This document shows positions 1 to 11,809 of a DNA stretch of 64,000 nucleotides, piece after piece. Origin of the DNA: an uncultured Gemmataceae bacterium (GTDB lineage Bacteria; Planctomycetota; Planctomycetia; Gemmatales; Gemmataceae). The notes under the pieces were generated by a model that was not told where the DNA came from, did not search any database, and saw nothing but the letters and a program-made list of their open reading frames with translations. The position numbers and the translations under genes are program-made. Numbering within the stretch: position 1 is the stretch's first letter; each line of letters begins with the position of its first letter. The DNA lies in contig CAVVPN010000003.1 of assembly GCA_963750165.1 (NCBI GenBank), positions 1,792,001-1,856,000 of the forward strand, in the 5' to 3' direction.

Positions 1-632
1 CACCCATCCGGCCAACGCCCCGGCCGGAGTCAGACCGCGGCGGCCAAGGCGGCGTGCCAGCAACGCCCGTGCCCGCGTCAGCCGCGTGGCCACCGTGCCC
101 TCCGGCCAGCCGAGATGCCGGGCCGCCTCCCTGCGCGTCCGGCCTTCCAGGTCGCAGAGCACCAGCGGTGCCCGGTACTTCTCGGGCAGCCGTTCCAGCT
201 CCCCGTCCAGCAGGGGCCGCAGATCCGAACCAACCTCGGCCGGGGCCGCCACCGACCTGCGGAGTTCGCCCACCCGCCGTTCCCGCGCCTGCGCCGCAGA
301 TTGACGGTCCGCGCCTTGAGGGCAGTGCGGTGAGCGACGCCGTACAGCCAGTTGCCGACCATGTGGGCGGGGCGGACGGACGCCGCCCGCCGGACCAGGA
401 CAAGGAAGGTGGCCTGGAAGGCGTCCTCGGCGTCGGGGCCGTCGCGCAGGACGCGGCGGCAGACGCCCAGCACCATGGGGCCGTGGCGCAGCAACAGCGC
501 CTCGAAGGCGGCCTCGTCACGGTACGCGGCGAAGCGTTCGAGCAACTGGCCGTCGGTCAGGCCGGCCAGTTCCCGGCCCAGTACTGCCCGGCGGAGCCGG
601 CGAAAGACGGTATTCATTGGACTGATTGGCAC
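1..632 (-). CDS. ECF-type RNA polymerase sigma-70 factor (planctomycete type); runs off the left edge; apparent frameshift near 280
   Basis: Region 2 'LTDGQLLERFAAYRDEAAFEALLLRHGPMVLGVCRRVL..DAEDAFQATFLVL'. In another frame after ~280, region 4 'DLRPLLDGELERLPEKYRAPLVLCDLEGRTRREAARHLGWPEGTVATRLTRAR'. Start GTG 632 or ATG 617. Confidence 0.9.
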
Positions 633-821
633 GTGCTTCCCTCCCTGGTGACGCCTCCCTGCGTTCTCTACATATCCATTGCCCGACCGGCCGCCGCCGG
701 TTTTCTTTTTTCCTCTGGACCTGGCCGCGTCTGGTTGTGACGCGACCGCCATCCAGTCGTCTACAATGATGCCAGCGTCCGCACGCTGACCAAACCGGCC
801 CCCCTGGGAAAGGAGAATCCC

Positions 822-3367
822 ATGAACCCAATCCTGGCCGTCGGCCTCGGCATGGCATTGCTCGGGCTCGGCGCCGCTCCAGCAATCATCCCACCCAACA
901 ACGCCGTCCGCGCCCTGGTCCGCCGCGACGCCCACGGCGACCCGCTGCCGCCCGGAGCGCTGGCCCGCCTGGGCCGCGTGGACCTCGGCCGACACGGTAG
1001 CGACATCCGTTGCCTGGCGGTGTCGCCGGATGGGCGACGGGTGGCTACCGGCAGTGCCGACCGCAGCGTTTGCGTGTGGGACGCGGCCACGGGCCGGGAA
1101 CAGCGGTGCTGGTCGGCCCATGGCGCCGGCGTGCGGGCGCTGGCCTTCGCGCCGGATGGCAAGGCTCTCGCTTCCACCGATGGCGAAACGGTGCGCGTGT
1201 GGGACGCGGCCACGGGCAAACAGCTTGTCGAACTGGATCGGCAGGACGGTGTCTACCACGTCCTGGCTTTCTCCCCGAACGGCAAGACCCTGGCCACCGG
1301 CGCCCTGTTTGGGGAGCGCAGGTTGCGCCTCTGGGACGCGGTCACCGGTCGCGAATGCGGACCCTGCTTTGCCTGCGGCAGCGCCGTGATGGGGCTGGCC
1401 TTCTCGGCGGACGGCCGACGCCTGTTCGCGGCCTCGACCGCCCTCTGGATTGGCTGCTGGTCCGTGGACAGCGGCGCGGAAATCGTGACGCCTGGACACC
1501 ACCAGAGCGCAGTGCAGGTGCTGCGCGCGCGCCGGACGGCAAGACGTTCGTCAGTGCCGACACCGGCGGCCAGGTGTGCGTCTGGGACGCGACCACGGGC
1601 CGGCTGAAGCGCCAGTGGCAGGCCCACGTCCGGCCCGTGACGGCCCTGGCGTTTGCCGACGACGGCGCCACGCTGGTGACGGCCGACGCCCGCGGCGAAC
1701 TGGCCCTCTGGAATCCCGCCACGGGCAAGGGCCGCCGCCGGTTGGAACTGCCCGGCGCCAGTGCGGTCGGGATCGCCGGAGCGGGTCGTTGGTTGATCGC
1801 CGGCAGCAGCTCGGGGCGGCTGTGCCGCTGGGAAATCCCCACCGGGGCTGAGCAGACGCCGCCGTCGGTCAGCGCCCCGCTCCAGGCCGTGATGTTCGTC
1901 GCGGACGGTCGTCTGGCCACGGTGACCGACCGGGATGTTCGCGGTTGGAACGAAGCCGGCCCGCAGACGGGCCAGGTGCTGGCGAAAGCCGTCCCGCGGT
2001 GCGCGGCCACCGCCCCCGTGGCCGGCGTGGTGGTGCTCGCCGAGGGCAAGGAGGACACCCGGGGCAACCGCCTGCGCGTGCTGCGGGCGGACACCGGCAA
2101 GGAACTCCGCACCTGGCCGACGCCGCACGAGGTCCAGCAGGTGTGCTGCTCCACGGACGGTGAAACCATCGTCAGCGTCGGGCCGAAAGAGATCGTGGTG
2201 TGGGACGGCCGCGGCAAAAAACGAACCGACCTGCTCCTTGCAGACGTACTGAAAGAGCCGGCAGACCTGGGCTTCCAGGCCGCGGCCCTGTCCCCGGACG
2301 GTGAGTGGCTGGCATTCGCCGCGGCGACGGGAACGATCCAGGTGCGGAGCCTGCGCCGGGCCATCTGGCAGATTCGGATCGGCGAGCAAGGGCCGGATGT
2401 GAGCAGGGCCGGCTGGCAGATACGGGTCGGCGACCAGGGGCCATATGTGAGCCTGGCCTTTTCGCCGGACGGCCGACTGCTGGCGTCGGTCACGCAGGCC
2501 GGGTTGTTGCAGCTCTGGGAAGTCATCAGCGGGCGGGAGCGGTTGCGTCGGCCCCTGGAGCCCGGTCACCACGGCCCCATGCGCTGGGAACGTGCGGACC
2601 CGAAGGCGACGCCCGCCGCGCTGCTGTTTTCCCCAGACAGCCGCTGGTTGGCCGTGGGAGATGTGCGCCGCGCGGCGTGTGTGCTGGACGTGGCCAGCGG
2701 GCGCGAGGCGCTGTGCCGCCCCGGACACAGGGACACGCTCTCGGGACTGGCGTGGCGTGCCGACGGCCAGGTGCTGGCCTCTGCCAGCCGCGACGGCACA
2801 GCGCTGCTCTGGGATCTGACGCCGCTGATCGCCCGGTCGAAACTGCCGGGGCCGCCGGCCCGAACCGAGGCCGCCCTCTGGGAGGGCCTGGCGTCGGACG
2901 ATGGGGCGACGGCGCACCGCATGATCTGGGAACTGATCGCCGACCCCGACCGGGCCACCGCACTGCTGGACAAAAAGCTCCAGCAGCGGCCGGAGAAGAC
3001 CTTCCAGCAACTGCTCAAGGAAGTCGATAGCCCTGCTTTCAAGGTGCGCGAGCAGGCGACCACGGCCCTGAAGCGGCGCGGCGTTGTGGTCCTGCCGGCG
3101 CTGCGGCAGAAACTGGCCGGGAAGGATTCGTCCCTGGAACTGCGCCGTCGGTTGGAAGGTGTGGTACGATCGATCGAGAGCCAGGCCATCGACCCCGAAA
3201 CGGTGCGCCAGGTGCGCGCCGTGGAGGTACTTGAGCACCTGGGTCAGCCGACGGCCCGCGCCGTGCTGAAGCGCCTGGCCGCGGGCACGCCCGACACCTG
3301 GCTGACCGTGGAGGCCCTGGCCGCCCTGCGGCGTCTGCAACAGCCGTCGTCCGTGGCCGCGCCCTGA
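822..3367 (+). CDS. Secreted WD40-repeat beta-propeller protein with helical C-terminal domain; apparent frameshift near 1525
   Basis: Signal peptide, 'DAHGDPLPPGALARLG' motif, many 'LAFSPDG..WD' repeats and C-terminal 'VRAVEVLEHLG'. Joins ORFs 822..1607 and 1010..3367. Confidence 0.85.
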
Positions 3368-3392
3368 ACCCCGTCCCCAGGAGGAGCCCGTC

Positions 3393-5870
3393 ATGCAGCG
3401 CCCCCGCCTCTGGCTCTTGACCGCCACTCTGATGCTGGCCTGGACCGGCACCGCCCCGGCGATCATCCCACCCAACAACGCCGTCCGCGCCCTGGCCCGC
3501 TTCGACGCGCACGGCGACTCGCTGCCGCCCGGAGCGCTGGCCCGCCTGGGCCGCGTGGACCGCAGCCGGCACGGCAGTGACATCTGCTGTCTGGCGGTGT
3601 CGCGCGACGGCCGGCTGGTCGCCACCGGCGGCGCTGACGGCAGCCTTTGCCTGTGGGACGCGGCCAGCGGCCGTGAGCGGCGCACCTGGACCGGCCATGA
3701 CGGCCCCCTCCTGGCGCTGGCGTTCAGCCCGGACGGCAAGGCCCTGGCCTCGTCCAGCACGGACCAGCACGTGCGCCTGTGGGACGTGACCACCGGCAAG
3801 CAGACGCTGCGCCTGATCGGTCACAACGGCGTCGCTTATGCGCTGGCGTTCAGCCCGGACGGCGGCCGGCTGCTCACCGGCGGCCAGAGTCTGACGCGCA
3901 CCGTGCGCATCTGGGATCTGACGTTTGGCACGGAACTGGAGCCGATCATCCGCTACACCGGCGTGGTGCGGGCGGTGACGTACACAGCGGACAACCAGGC
4001 CGTGATCGCGGGCGGCGACGATCAGCGGCTGCACTGCTGGTCGCTGCGCACCGGCAAGGAACTGCGGACCTTCGAGGGGCATTCCAGCAACGTAACCGCC
4101 CTGGCCCTGACGCCGGACGGCGCCATGCTGGCGAGCGGCGCTGCGGACGGCGAGGTGCGGCTGTGGCAGACGGCGACCGCCCGGCCGGTGAGGGGGTGGC
4201 AGGCGCACAAGGAGTCGGTGACGGGACTGGCGTACTCGGGCGACGGCCGGTTGCTGGCGTCGTGCGCCACGATAGCTGATGGCGTTCAGGTGTGGGAGGC
4301 GGCGACCGCCAAAGCGCGGGAGAAGTGCTTGCTGGACAGCTTGCCGATCGGGGTGGGCTTCGGCGGCGGCGGCCGGTGGCTGTTCGCCGCCAGTCGTTCG
4401 GGCCGGCTCGGCCGCTGGGAGCTGGCCGCCGCCGGCGCCCGCGACCTGCAAGTCCCGCCGTCGCTTCCCGTGCGGGCCGTGGCCTTCGGCAAGGGCGGCC
4501 AGGTGGTCACCAGCACGGCCCAGTCCTGGCACTGCTGGGATGCGGTCACCATGAAAGAACTGGGCAAAACCAAACTGGGTCAGGCCGAGGACGATGTGGC
4601 AGTGAGCGCCGCCCCGCAGGCGGATTTGCTGGCCCTCTCGGCTTACGACAAACACGTCCGCGGCCGGGTGCAGCTTTTCCAGGCGAGCACCGCGGTACGG
4701 TTGCGCGGCTGGGCACTCCCGAACGTGTTGTCGTGGACCGCGCCGGTCCAGCTGACCGCGGACGGCAAGACGCTCGCCTCCGCGCATCTGGAGCAGGGGT
4801 TCCTGTGGGACACGGCGACGGGAAAACAACTCGCCCGTTTCACCGCCGCGGACGTGCAACCGGGGGGTACGCAACCGTTCCTGGCGTTCGCCCTGTCGGC
4901 CACGGGACGTCGGTTCGCGGCGTCCTTGAACCGCGGCCCTGTCCGCGCCTGGGACGTGCGCACGCGCGGCGCCCTGGCCACGGTTGGCAGCGAGAACAGC
5001 ATGTTCGTGAGGCTCGCTTTTTCCCCGGACGACCGCATACTGGCCACGCTCACGCCAGAGGGCCTGGTGCAGTTCTGGGATCTGGACAACGGGCAGGAGC
5101 GACTGCGGTTGCCGGCGGCGGTGGCGGCGCCACTGCTGTTTTCGCCAGACGGGCGCTGGTTCGCGACCGGCGGCAAGGGCGGCGCGATCCACGTCTGGGA
5201 CCTGTTCACCGGCGCGGAGACGCTGCGCTTCACGGGCCACAAGGACTCCATCAACGCGCTGGCGTGGCGGGCGGACGGCCTGGCGCTGGCCTCCGGCAGC
5301 CGCGACGGCACCGCCCTGGTGTGGGATTTGAAGCCGCTGGCCGACCGACCCATCCCGAAGATCGCGCTGGACGCCCCCTGGACCGACCTGGCGGAAGCCT
5401 CTGCCGCCCGGGCCCACGGGCTGATCTGGGCGCTGACGGCGCGGCCGAAGGAAGTGGTCGCCGAGCTGGACAAACGCCTGCAAGTCAAGGCCATGCCGGG
5501 CAAGGCCGTGGCCCAGCTGATCGCCGAGCTGGACAGCCCACGCTTTCAGGTGCGCGACCAGGCTTCCGCGGAGTTGAAGAAACGCGGCGCCGGGGTGCAG
5601 CCGGTTCTGCAGGAGGCGCTGACGAAGAAGCCGACGCTGGAGGTCCGCCAGCGCCTGGAGAAATTGTTGCAGGAGATTGTCGCGCTGCCGCACAGTCCCG
5701 AGGTCAGGCGGCACGTGCGGGTGGTCGAGGTGCTGGAGCGGATCGGCACGCCGGAGGCCCGCGCCGTGCTGGCGCGGCTGGCGAAGGGGCCGGACGAGCA
5801 GCGCCTGACCCTCGAAGCTCGCGCCGCCCTGGAGCGCTTCGGCCGACGGTGGAGCGTGGCGGCGCCGTGA
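3393..5870 (+). CDS. Secreted WD40-repeat protein, tandem paralogue of 822..3367
   Basis: Intact 825-aa ORF, RBS 'aggag', signal peptide, canonical GH..WD repeats, same C-terminal 'VRVVEVLERIGTPEAR' domain. Confidence 0.9.
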   Translation: MQRPRLWLLTATLMLAWTGTAPAIIPPNNAVRALARFDAHGDSLPPGALARLGRVDRSRHGSDICCLAVSRDGRLVATGGADGSLCLWDAASGRERRTWTGHDGPLLALAFSPDGKALASSSTDQHVRLWDVTTGKQTLRLIGHNGVAYALAFSPDGGRLLTGGQSLTRTVRIWDLTFGTELEPIIRYTGVVRAVTYTADNQAVIAGGDDQRLHCWSLRTGKELRTFEGHSSNVTALALTPDGAMLASGAADGEVRLWQTATARPVRGWQAHKESVTGLAYSGDGRLLASCATIADGVQVWEAATAKAREKCLLDSLPIGVGFGGGGRWLFAASRSGRLGRWELAAAGARDLQVPPSLPVRAVAFGKGGQVVTSTAQSWHCWDAVTMKELGKTKLGQAEDDVAVSAAPQADLLALSAYDKHVRGRVQLFQASTAVRLRGWALPNVLSWTAPVQLTADGKTLASAHLEQGFLWDTATGKQLARFTAADVQPGGTQPFLAFALSATGRRFAASLNRGPVRAWDVRTRGALATVGSENSMFVRLAFSPDDRILATLTPEGLVQFWDLDNGQERLRLPAAVAAPLLFSPDGRWFATGGKGGAIHVWDLFTGAETLRFTGHKDSINALAWRADGLALASGSRDGTALVWDLKPLADRPIPKIALDAPWTDLAEASAARAHGLIWALTARPKEVVAELDKRLQVKAMPGKAVAQLIAELDSPRFQVRDQASAELKKRGAGVQPVLQEALTKKPTLEVRQRLEKLLQEIVALPHSPEVRRHVRVVEVLERIGTPEARAVLARLAKGPDEQRLTLEARAALERFGRRWSVAAP

Positions 5871-6022
5871 GGTTGACGGGCTCCGAAGCGAGCGCTGCCT
5901 TTTGCGCGGCAATTTGTTTGGTGTCCAGTGGCCGGGGCGAGTACACTACCCCTACACGAAGACGGCCGTCACCGCGACGGCCGCGCCGAAACTCGTGTTC
6001 CCACCTTTTGCGGAGGTCGTGC

Positions 6023-6553
6023 ATGCGACTCGTGCTTTCCACAGCGTTGGCGTTGACCCTCCTGACCGGCGTGGCCGGCGCCCAGGATGCCCCCAAGCAG
6101 GCTCCCAGGGTCGTCCTGCAATCCCCCGACGGCAAGAAAACTTACGATTTGCAGAAGCTGGTCAAGAACGGCCCGGTGCTGGTGCGGCTGACCTGCGCCT
6201 GCTCCGGCTGCGACCTGGAACTGCCCTACTTCCAGAAGTTGCAGGCCGCCTACAACGGCAAGCTCCAGACCATCGCCGTCTTCCGCGAGAAGGCCGAGGC
6301 CCTTGAGAGCTACGCGGTCAAGAAGGACCTCAAGTTCATGTGGCTGTCCGATCCCAAGGGCCAGCTGTGGAAGACGTTTGACTCCACCGCGATGCCGACC
6401 AACATCCTGATCGACAAGGGCGGCCGGGTCGTCCGCATCGTGCCCGGCTGCACCCGCGACGGCAAGAACGCCCAGGTGCTCTCCCAGGAGATCGCCAATA
6501 TCCTGCAAGTGCCGGTCGCCCAGATTACCGAGACCAAGACGCCGAAGAAGTGA
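6023..6553 (+). CDS. Secreted thioredoxin-fold redoxin (TlpA/peroxiredoxin-like)
   Basis: RBS 'ggagg', signal peptide, 'TCACSGC' (CxxC), 'WLSDPKG', cis-Pro motif 'AMPTNILIDKGG'. Confidence 0.8.
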   Translation: MRLVLSTALALTLLTGVAGAQDAPKQAPRVVLQSPDGKKTYDLQKLVKNGPVLVRLTCACSGCDLELPYFQKLQAAYNGKLQTIAVFREKAEALESYAVKKDLKFMWLSDPKGQLWKTFDSTAMPTNILIDKGGRVVRIVPGCTRDGKNAQVLSQEIANILQVPVAQITETKTPKK

Positions 6554-6572
6554 ACCCAGGTTCTCTGTCCTG

Positions 6573-6632
6573 TCGTGGGGCAGACATTCCTGTCTGCCAG
6601 GTGTTCGGCAGACAGGAATGTTTGCCCCACGA
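6573..6632. repeat. GTGG-type REP doublet (family A: gtggggcagacattcctgtctgcc and its inverse)
   Basis: Two inverted arms, each itself a hairpin. Related copies at 25090-25176 and 58945-58974. Confidence 0.85.
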
Positions 6633-6740
6633 GCCAGCCGCCCAACCCACCGACCCGGCCGCCGACTACCCAGCTTACGGGTCCGGCGGCCGGGTCGCGG
6701 TGTTCCCCGGTTCGCTTCGGCTTGTAAGAACCGCACCCCT

Positions 6741-6749
6741 TGCTACAAT
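6741..6749 (+). promoter_or_regulatory. Extended -10 promoter (TG-n-TACAAT) for the RND/MMPL gene
   Basis: 'tgctacaat' about 50 nt upstream of ATG 6798. Confidence 0.45.
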
Positions 6750-6797
6750 CCGGCCCACTTTGCGTCCCGGCCCGGGCAAGGAGGCGAGCGGACTACG

Positions 6798-9644
6798 ATG
6801 CGAACGGAACGAGACCAGGACACCCACAGTTCCCTGTTGCCGCGCTTGCTCGGCGGCTTCGTCGGCCTCGTTTACCGCCGCCCCTGGCTGGCGCTGGTTG
6901 TCGCGCTGGCGCTGTGCGCCGCGTCCGTTGTTTACTCCTCGACCCACCTGACCTTCCGCACCCAGCGCAGCGACCTCATCAGCCCCGACAAGGATTATCA
7001 GAAGCGCTGGCGCGCTTACCTGGCCGAGTTCGGCGACGACGACGACATGGTGGTGGTCGTCCAGGGCACCGACCGCGCTCGCATGTGCGCCGCCCTGGAC
7101 GCCCTGGCCGCCCAGGTTGCCGCCGAGCCGGAGTTGTTCGACCGCCTGTTCTACAAGGTCGATCTGCGGCCGTTGTATCGCCGGGCCCTGCTGCTGGCCC
7201 CCGCCGAGAAAATCGCGGACATCCAGAACGACATCCGCGACATGCACGAGCTGCTCGATCCGTCCTTCCTGCTGGGCGAGCCGCTGGTCGGCTGGCGGAT
7301 GCTGACGCTGGGCCCGCTGCTCGAACGGGCGCAGACACAGGCGGAGGCTGCCCGAGAAGCGGGCCGGCTGTCCGCCGGTCAGCAAAAATTCTTCGGCCAG
7401 CTGGCCGCCATCGCCCACAGTGCCGCCGTCACCCTCGACGACCCCGCCGCCTACCAGAACCCCTGGCACGCCCTGGTCCAGCAGCCGAGCGGTCAGGAAG
7501 AACTGCTCGCCGAGCCGCAGTACTTCTTCAGCCCCGACGGCTCGCTGGCGTTCCTGCTGGTCCGGCCCGTCAAGGACCAGAGTTCGTTCACGTCCGCTCA
7601 ACAAAGTGTGGATCGGCTGCGCGCGATCGTCACGGCCCAGGGCGGCCGCTTCCCGGACCTGGGGATCGGCCTGACCGGGCTGCCGGTGCTGGAAAACGAC
7701 GAGATGGTCGCGTCGCAGAACGACACCAACACGGCGTCCTATCTGGCCCTGGCCGGCGTGGCGCTGCTGTATTTGCTGGTGTTCCGTGGCGTCCGTTACC
7801 CGCTGCTGACGGTCGGCACGCTGCTGGTCGGCACCGCCTGGGCGATGGGCTGGCTGACGTTGACGGTCGGCCATTTGAACATCCTGTCGGCGACGTTCGC
7901 GGTCATGCTGATTGGCATGGGCGATTACGGCGTCCTGTGGATCGCGCGCTGACGAGCAGGAGCGGCAGGGCGGCGCGAGCGTGCTGGAGTCACTGCGGAC
8001 GACCGCGGGCAGCGTCGGCCCCGGTATCCTGACGGCAGGGACGACGACAGCACTGGCGTTCTACGCCGCCATGCTCGCGGACTTCCAGGCGGTCGCGGAG
8101 TTGGGCTGGATCGCCGGCAGCGGCGTCCTGCTGTGCGCCTTCTCGTGCTTCATCGTGATGCCGCCCCTGCTGCGTCTGGTGGACCGCCGCGACCGGCGGG
8201 CGTCCCCCCCACCCCGACCCTCCCCCCTGGGGGGGAGGGTCGGGGTGGGGGGGATGACACGCACGGCGTCTGGCTGCCGGGCCTGGCCGCACGGCCGCGA
8301 CTGGTCATCGGCGTGAGCGTGGCGCTGACGGCGGTGCTGGCCGTCTTCGCCCTGCGCATTCCCTATGACCACAATCTGCTGCATTTGCAGGCCGCCGGCC
8401 TCGACTCGGTGAAATGGGAGATGACGCTCATCGAGCACACCGCCGGGGCCAGCTGGCACGCCATCAGCTACACCGACACGCAGGCCGAGGCGCTGGCGCT
8501 GAAGGAGCGCTACGAGAAACTGCCCGGCGTCAGCCGCGTGGTTGAGTTCGCCACCCTGGTGCCGGCCGACCAGGACGCCAAGCTGGAGCGCGTGCGCGAC
8601 ATTCAGCACCGCTTGCGTCGTCTGCCCGCTCGCGGCCGGCCGATCCCCCACGACCCGCCGCACCCGGCGGCGCTGACGGCCCGGCTGGACGCGGCCATCG
8701 CGGCGCTGCAACCGCTGACGGCGGGGCCGGCGCCGTTGCTGGACGGCCAGCTGGTCGGCCGCTTGCAAACCTTCCGTCACAAGCTCGCCGCCATGAACCC
8801 GGCGCTGGCAGCGGAGCGGCTGGCGGCTTTCGAGGACGCACTGACGCGCGATCTGCTGGAAGACCTGCACAAGCTCAAGGACGTCTCGACGCCGGAGCGC
8901 ATCGCCGTCACGGACCTGCCGGCGTGCGTGCGCGAGCGCTACGTCGGCGCCAGCGGCAAATGGCTGCTGCGCGTGTTCGCGAAGGATTGTTTGTGGGATT
9001 ACGGACCGCTGAAGCAGTTCGTTGAGCAGGTCAAGAGCGTGGACCCGGAAGCGACGGGCAAGCCGTTTTCGACGCTGGAGGGGCTGCGCTCGATGAAGCA
9101 CGGCTTCCTGTGGGCGGGAGTGTACGCGCTGATCGCGATGGTGCTGGTGCTGCTGCTGGACTTCCGCAGCGTGCGGCACATGCTGGTGGCGCTGGCGCCG
9201 ATGGTGATGGGCATGGTCATGTCGCTGGGCGTGCTGGTGCTGAGCGGTCTGGCGCTGAACCCGGCGAACATGATCGCTTTCCCGTTGATCCTGGGTGTGG
9301 GCATCGACAACGGCGTCCACGTGCTGCACGACTATTTCTCGCGCCGCCGCGACCGGCATTATTTGCTGGGCAGCAGCACGGGCCGGGGCATCGCGGTGGC
9401 GGCGCTGACGACGATTCTGGGCTTCGGCACACTGATGCTGTCGCACCACCGCGGCCTGGCAAGCCTGGGGTTGTGCCTGACGCTGGGCGTGACGTGCTGC
9501 ATGCTGTCGGCGCTGGTGTTCCTGCCGGCGGTGCTGCGGCTGCTGAGCATCCGCCGGATGACGCAGGAGCAATCCGCGGCCGCGGTGGTGGCGGCGCGGG
9601 CGGTCGTGGTGGCGCCGGCGGAGGTGGCGCGGGTGGCGGCGTGA
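6798..9644 (+). CDS. MMPL/RND family transporter, HpnN-like (hopanoid/lipid export); apparent frameshifts near 7950 and 8205-8255
   Basis: Two RND halves: 'IGLTGLPVLENDE..LNILSATFAVMLIGMG' and 'LNPANMIAFPLILGVGIDNGVHV..TTILGFGTL'. Joined from ORFs 6618.., 7912.. and 8133... Confidence 0.85.
8203..8254. repeat. C/G-rich palindrome (family B, ccccacccc.accctcccc..ggggagggtcggggtgggg) inside the MMPL CDS
   Basis: Near-perfect inverted repeat. Related to 42821-42862, 48618-48655 and 53196-53250. Confidence 0.75.
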
Positions 9645-9654
9645 GACGGATGAT

Positions 9655-9698
9655 TTCATTGATGGTTTCGCGATCAGGTGCGCGAAACCATCAATGAA
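9655..9698. terminator. 18-bp perfect hairpin between convergent genes (probable bidirectional terminator)
   Basis: ttcattgatggtttcgcg-N8-cgcgaaaccatcaatgaa between stops at 9644 (+) and 9711 (-). Confidence 0.6.
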
Positions 9699-9710
9699 GA
9701 AGTTGATCTT

Positions 9711-10483
9711 TCAGGGCAACGGCCGGACGACCAGCCGATAGACGTGGGCCGGGCCGCCGCTGTCGTGGGCGTCGATCAAACTGAGGTAATAAACGCCGTC
9801 GCGCGGCAGCGTCACCTCCAGGCGCGGGTCGGGGCTTTTGCCCGGGTTGCTGCCGTCGGCGACCTGCCGGCCGGCGGCGTCGTAGAGCGTGAACAGCGGG
9901 TCCAGGCCGGAGCCGAACCGCGCCGCCTGCACCTCGATCAGCAACTTCTGCCCCGCCTTGCCGTCGAGGCGGTACACGTCCACGTCGCGCGGCCGCTCGA
10001 TCACCCCTTCCACGATCTGCGGAATCTGCAGCGCCTGGGCCTGGCGGAAGCCGTCATTCGGCTCCTTCTCCTTGAGCAGTGGCGCGGACACGTCCACCAG
10101 CAATTCATGCGGTTTCGTCTCGCCCAGCTCGGTGACGACGGTGAAGGACACCGGCGCCTTCAGCCCGGCCGGCAGCGTCACGTCGGCGACAACCTGCGTA
10201 TCGCCGACCTTCTCCGGGTTCTTGTCCGGCACGCTGGCGTTGCCCTGGCTGACGATCTTGATCTTGACACCGTCCGCGGCGAACTTCACGTCCTTGACTT
10301 TTTGCAGGTGCAGGCCGCGGACGGTGACGCGCGTGGTCGCCCCGGCGCGGCGCCGAGCGGCACCGTCACCACGACGCGCGGCTCCGCCTTCTTGGGCGGC
10401 GGCTTCTTCTGGGCGCCGGCGTGCGGCGGTCCAACGGATAGCGCGAGCAGCGCCAGCGCAAGGATCAAAGTTGTGGTTCGCAT
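9711..10483 (-). CDS. Secreted pre-peptidase C-terminal (PPC) domain protein; apparent frameshift near 10335
   Basis: Signal peptide 'MRTTTLILALALL', 'EKEPNDGFRQAQ', 'DVDVYRLDGKAGQ', 'DPRLEVTLPRDGVYYL'. Typical partner of DUF1501 genes. Confidence 0.8.
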
Positions 10484-10484
10484 G

Positions 10485-11809
10485 TCAGCCAAAGATTTCG
10501 CGCACCGGTTCGCCGCGATCGAGGATTTCGATGGGCCGGCCCTCCGGGTGCATCAGCCAGCGGTGCGGATCGACGCCGACCGCCTCGTAAATGGTGTACG
10601 CCACGTCCGCCGGGGCCACTGGCCGCCGCGTCACGTACGCCCCCTGCCGATCCGTCGCCCCAATGACGCTGCCACCGCGGACGCCGGCGCCGGCGAACAA
10701 CAGCGACGCCGCCGGGCCCCAGTGGTCGCGGCCCACCTCACGGTTGACGCGTGGCGTGCGGCCGAACTCGCCCATCACCACCACCAGTGTGGACGCCAGC
10801 AGGCCACGCTGGTGCAGGTCGTCCAGCAGCGCGGACAGCCCCGCGTCCAGTTCCGGCAGGCGGCGGTTCAGACCATTCCAGATTTGACTGTGGTGGTCCC
10901 AACCGCCGTTGTTGACCGTCACGAAGCGGACGCCGCGCTCCACCAGCCGCCGCGCCAGCAGACACGACTGGCCGAACGTGCTGCGGCCATAGTGCTCGCG
11001 CAGGGCGGTCGGCTCCTGATGGATGGCGAACGCCTGGCGGGCGGCCCCAGACAGCACCAGCGTCGCGGCGCGCTGCTGGAACTCGGTATACGTCGCCATC
11101 TGGTCGTTGCCCTGCACCTGACGGGCCAGGCCGTCCACCGCCCGCAACAGCGTCTGGCGGCGCTGCGTGCTGCGGTCGTTGAGGTTCTCCAGTGGCGTCA
11201 CGTCCTGCACCTGGAAGTCCGCGGCGCTTGGGTCGCCGGTGCGGAACGACTCGTAGCGGCCACCGAGGTAAGCGCTCTTGCCCAGCTCCCAGGTGAACGA
11301 CGGGTTGCGCGGCACCGCGACATAGGGCGGCAGCGGCCCGCGGAAGCCGAGTTGATGCGCCACCACGGCGCCCATTGCCGGGTAGTCGCCGAACGCCGAG
11401 CCGAAGCGGCCCGACAGCACCCAGTTGGTCGCCGTCTCGTGGTGGTCGTTGTTGTGGGCGCCGGAGCGGATCAGGCAGACTTTATCCATGTGCCGCGCCA
11501 GCCGCGGCAGCAGGTTGCCGACCTGCAGGCCCGGCACGTTGGTCGCGATGGGCCGATAGATGCCGCGGATTTCCTCCGGGGCGTCCGGCTTCAGATCGAA
11601 GCTGTCATGGTGCGACAGGCCGCCGCCGAGGTAGACGAGGATGACCGACTGCGCCCGGCGCTGCGCGGCGTCGCCGGCCGGCTCTGCTGCGCCTGCAGCG
11701 CGTCCGCCAGCGTCAGGCCGACGGCGCCGAGGGCGCCGACGTGGAGAAAATCGCGGCGCGAAACGCCATCGCAACGGCGGTGCGCGCCGCCAAGAAACAC
11801 ATCGAACAT
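10485..11809 (-). CDS. DUF1501 domain protein (Tat-like leader); apparent frameshift near 11685
   Basis: 'CDGVSRRDFLHVG', 'YLGGGLSHHDSFDLKP', 'CLLARRLVERGVRFV', 'GEFGRTP', 'GRDHW'. Confidence 0.9.

Noticed and set aside
1253..5912. Long antisense or alternate-frame ORFs (848, 957, 753 aa; also 9678-11852 and 26986-29586)
   Set aside because: Shadow ORFs typical of high-GC DNA. They overlap well-supported genes and have Arg/Pro/Ala-biased, motif-free sequence.
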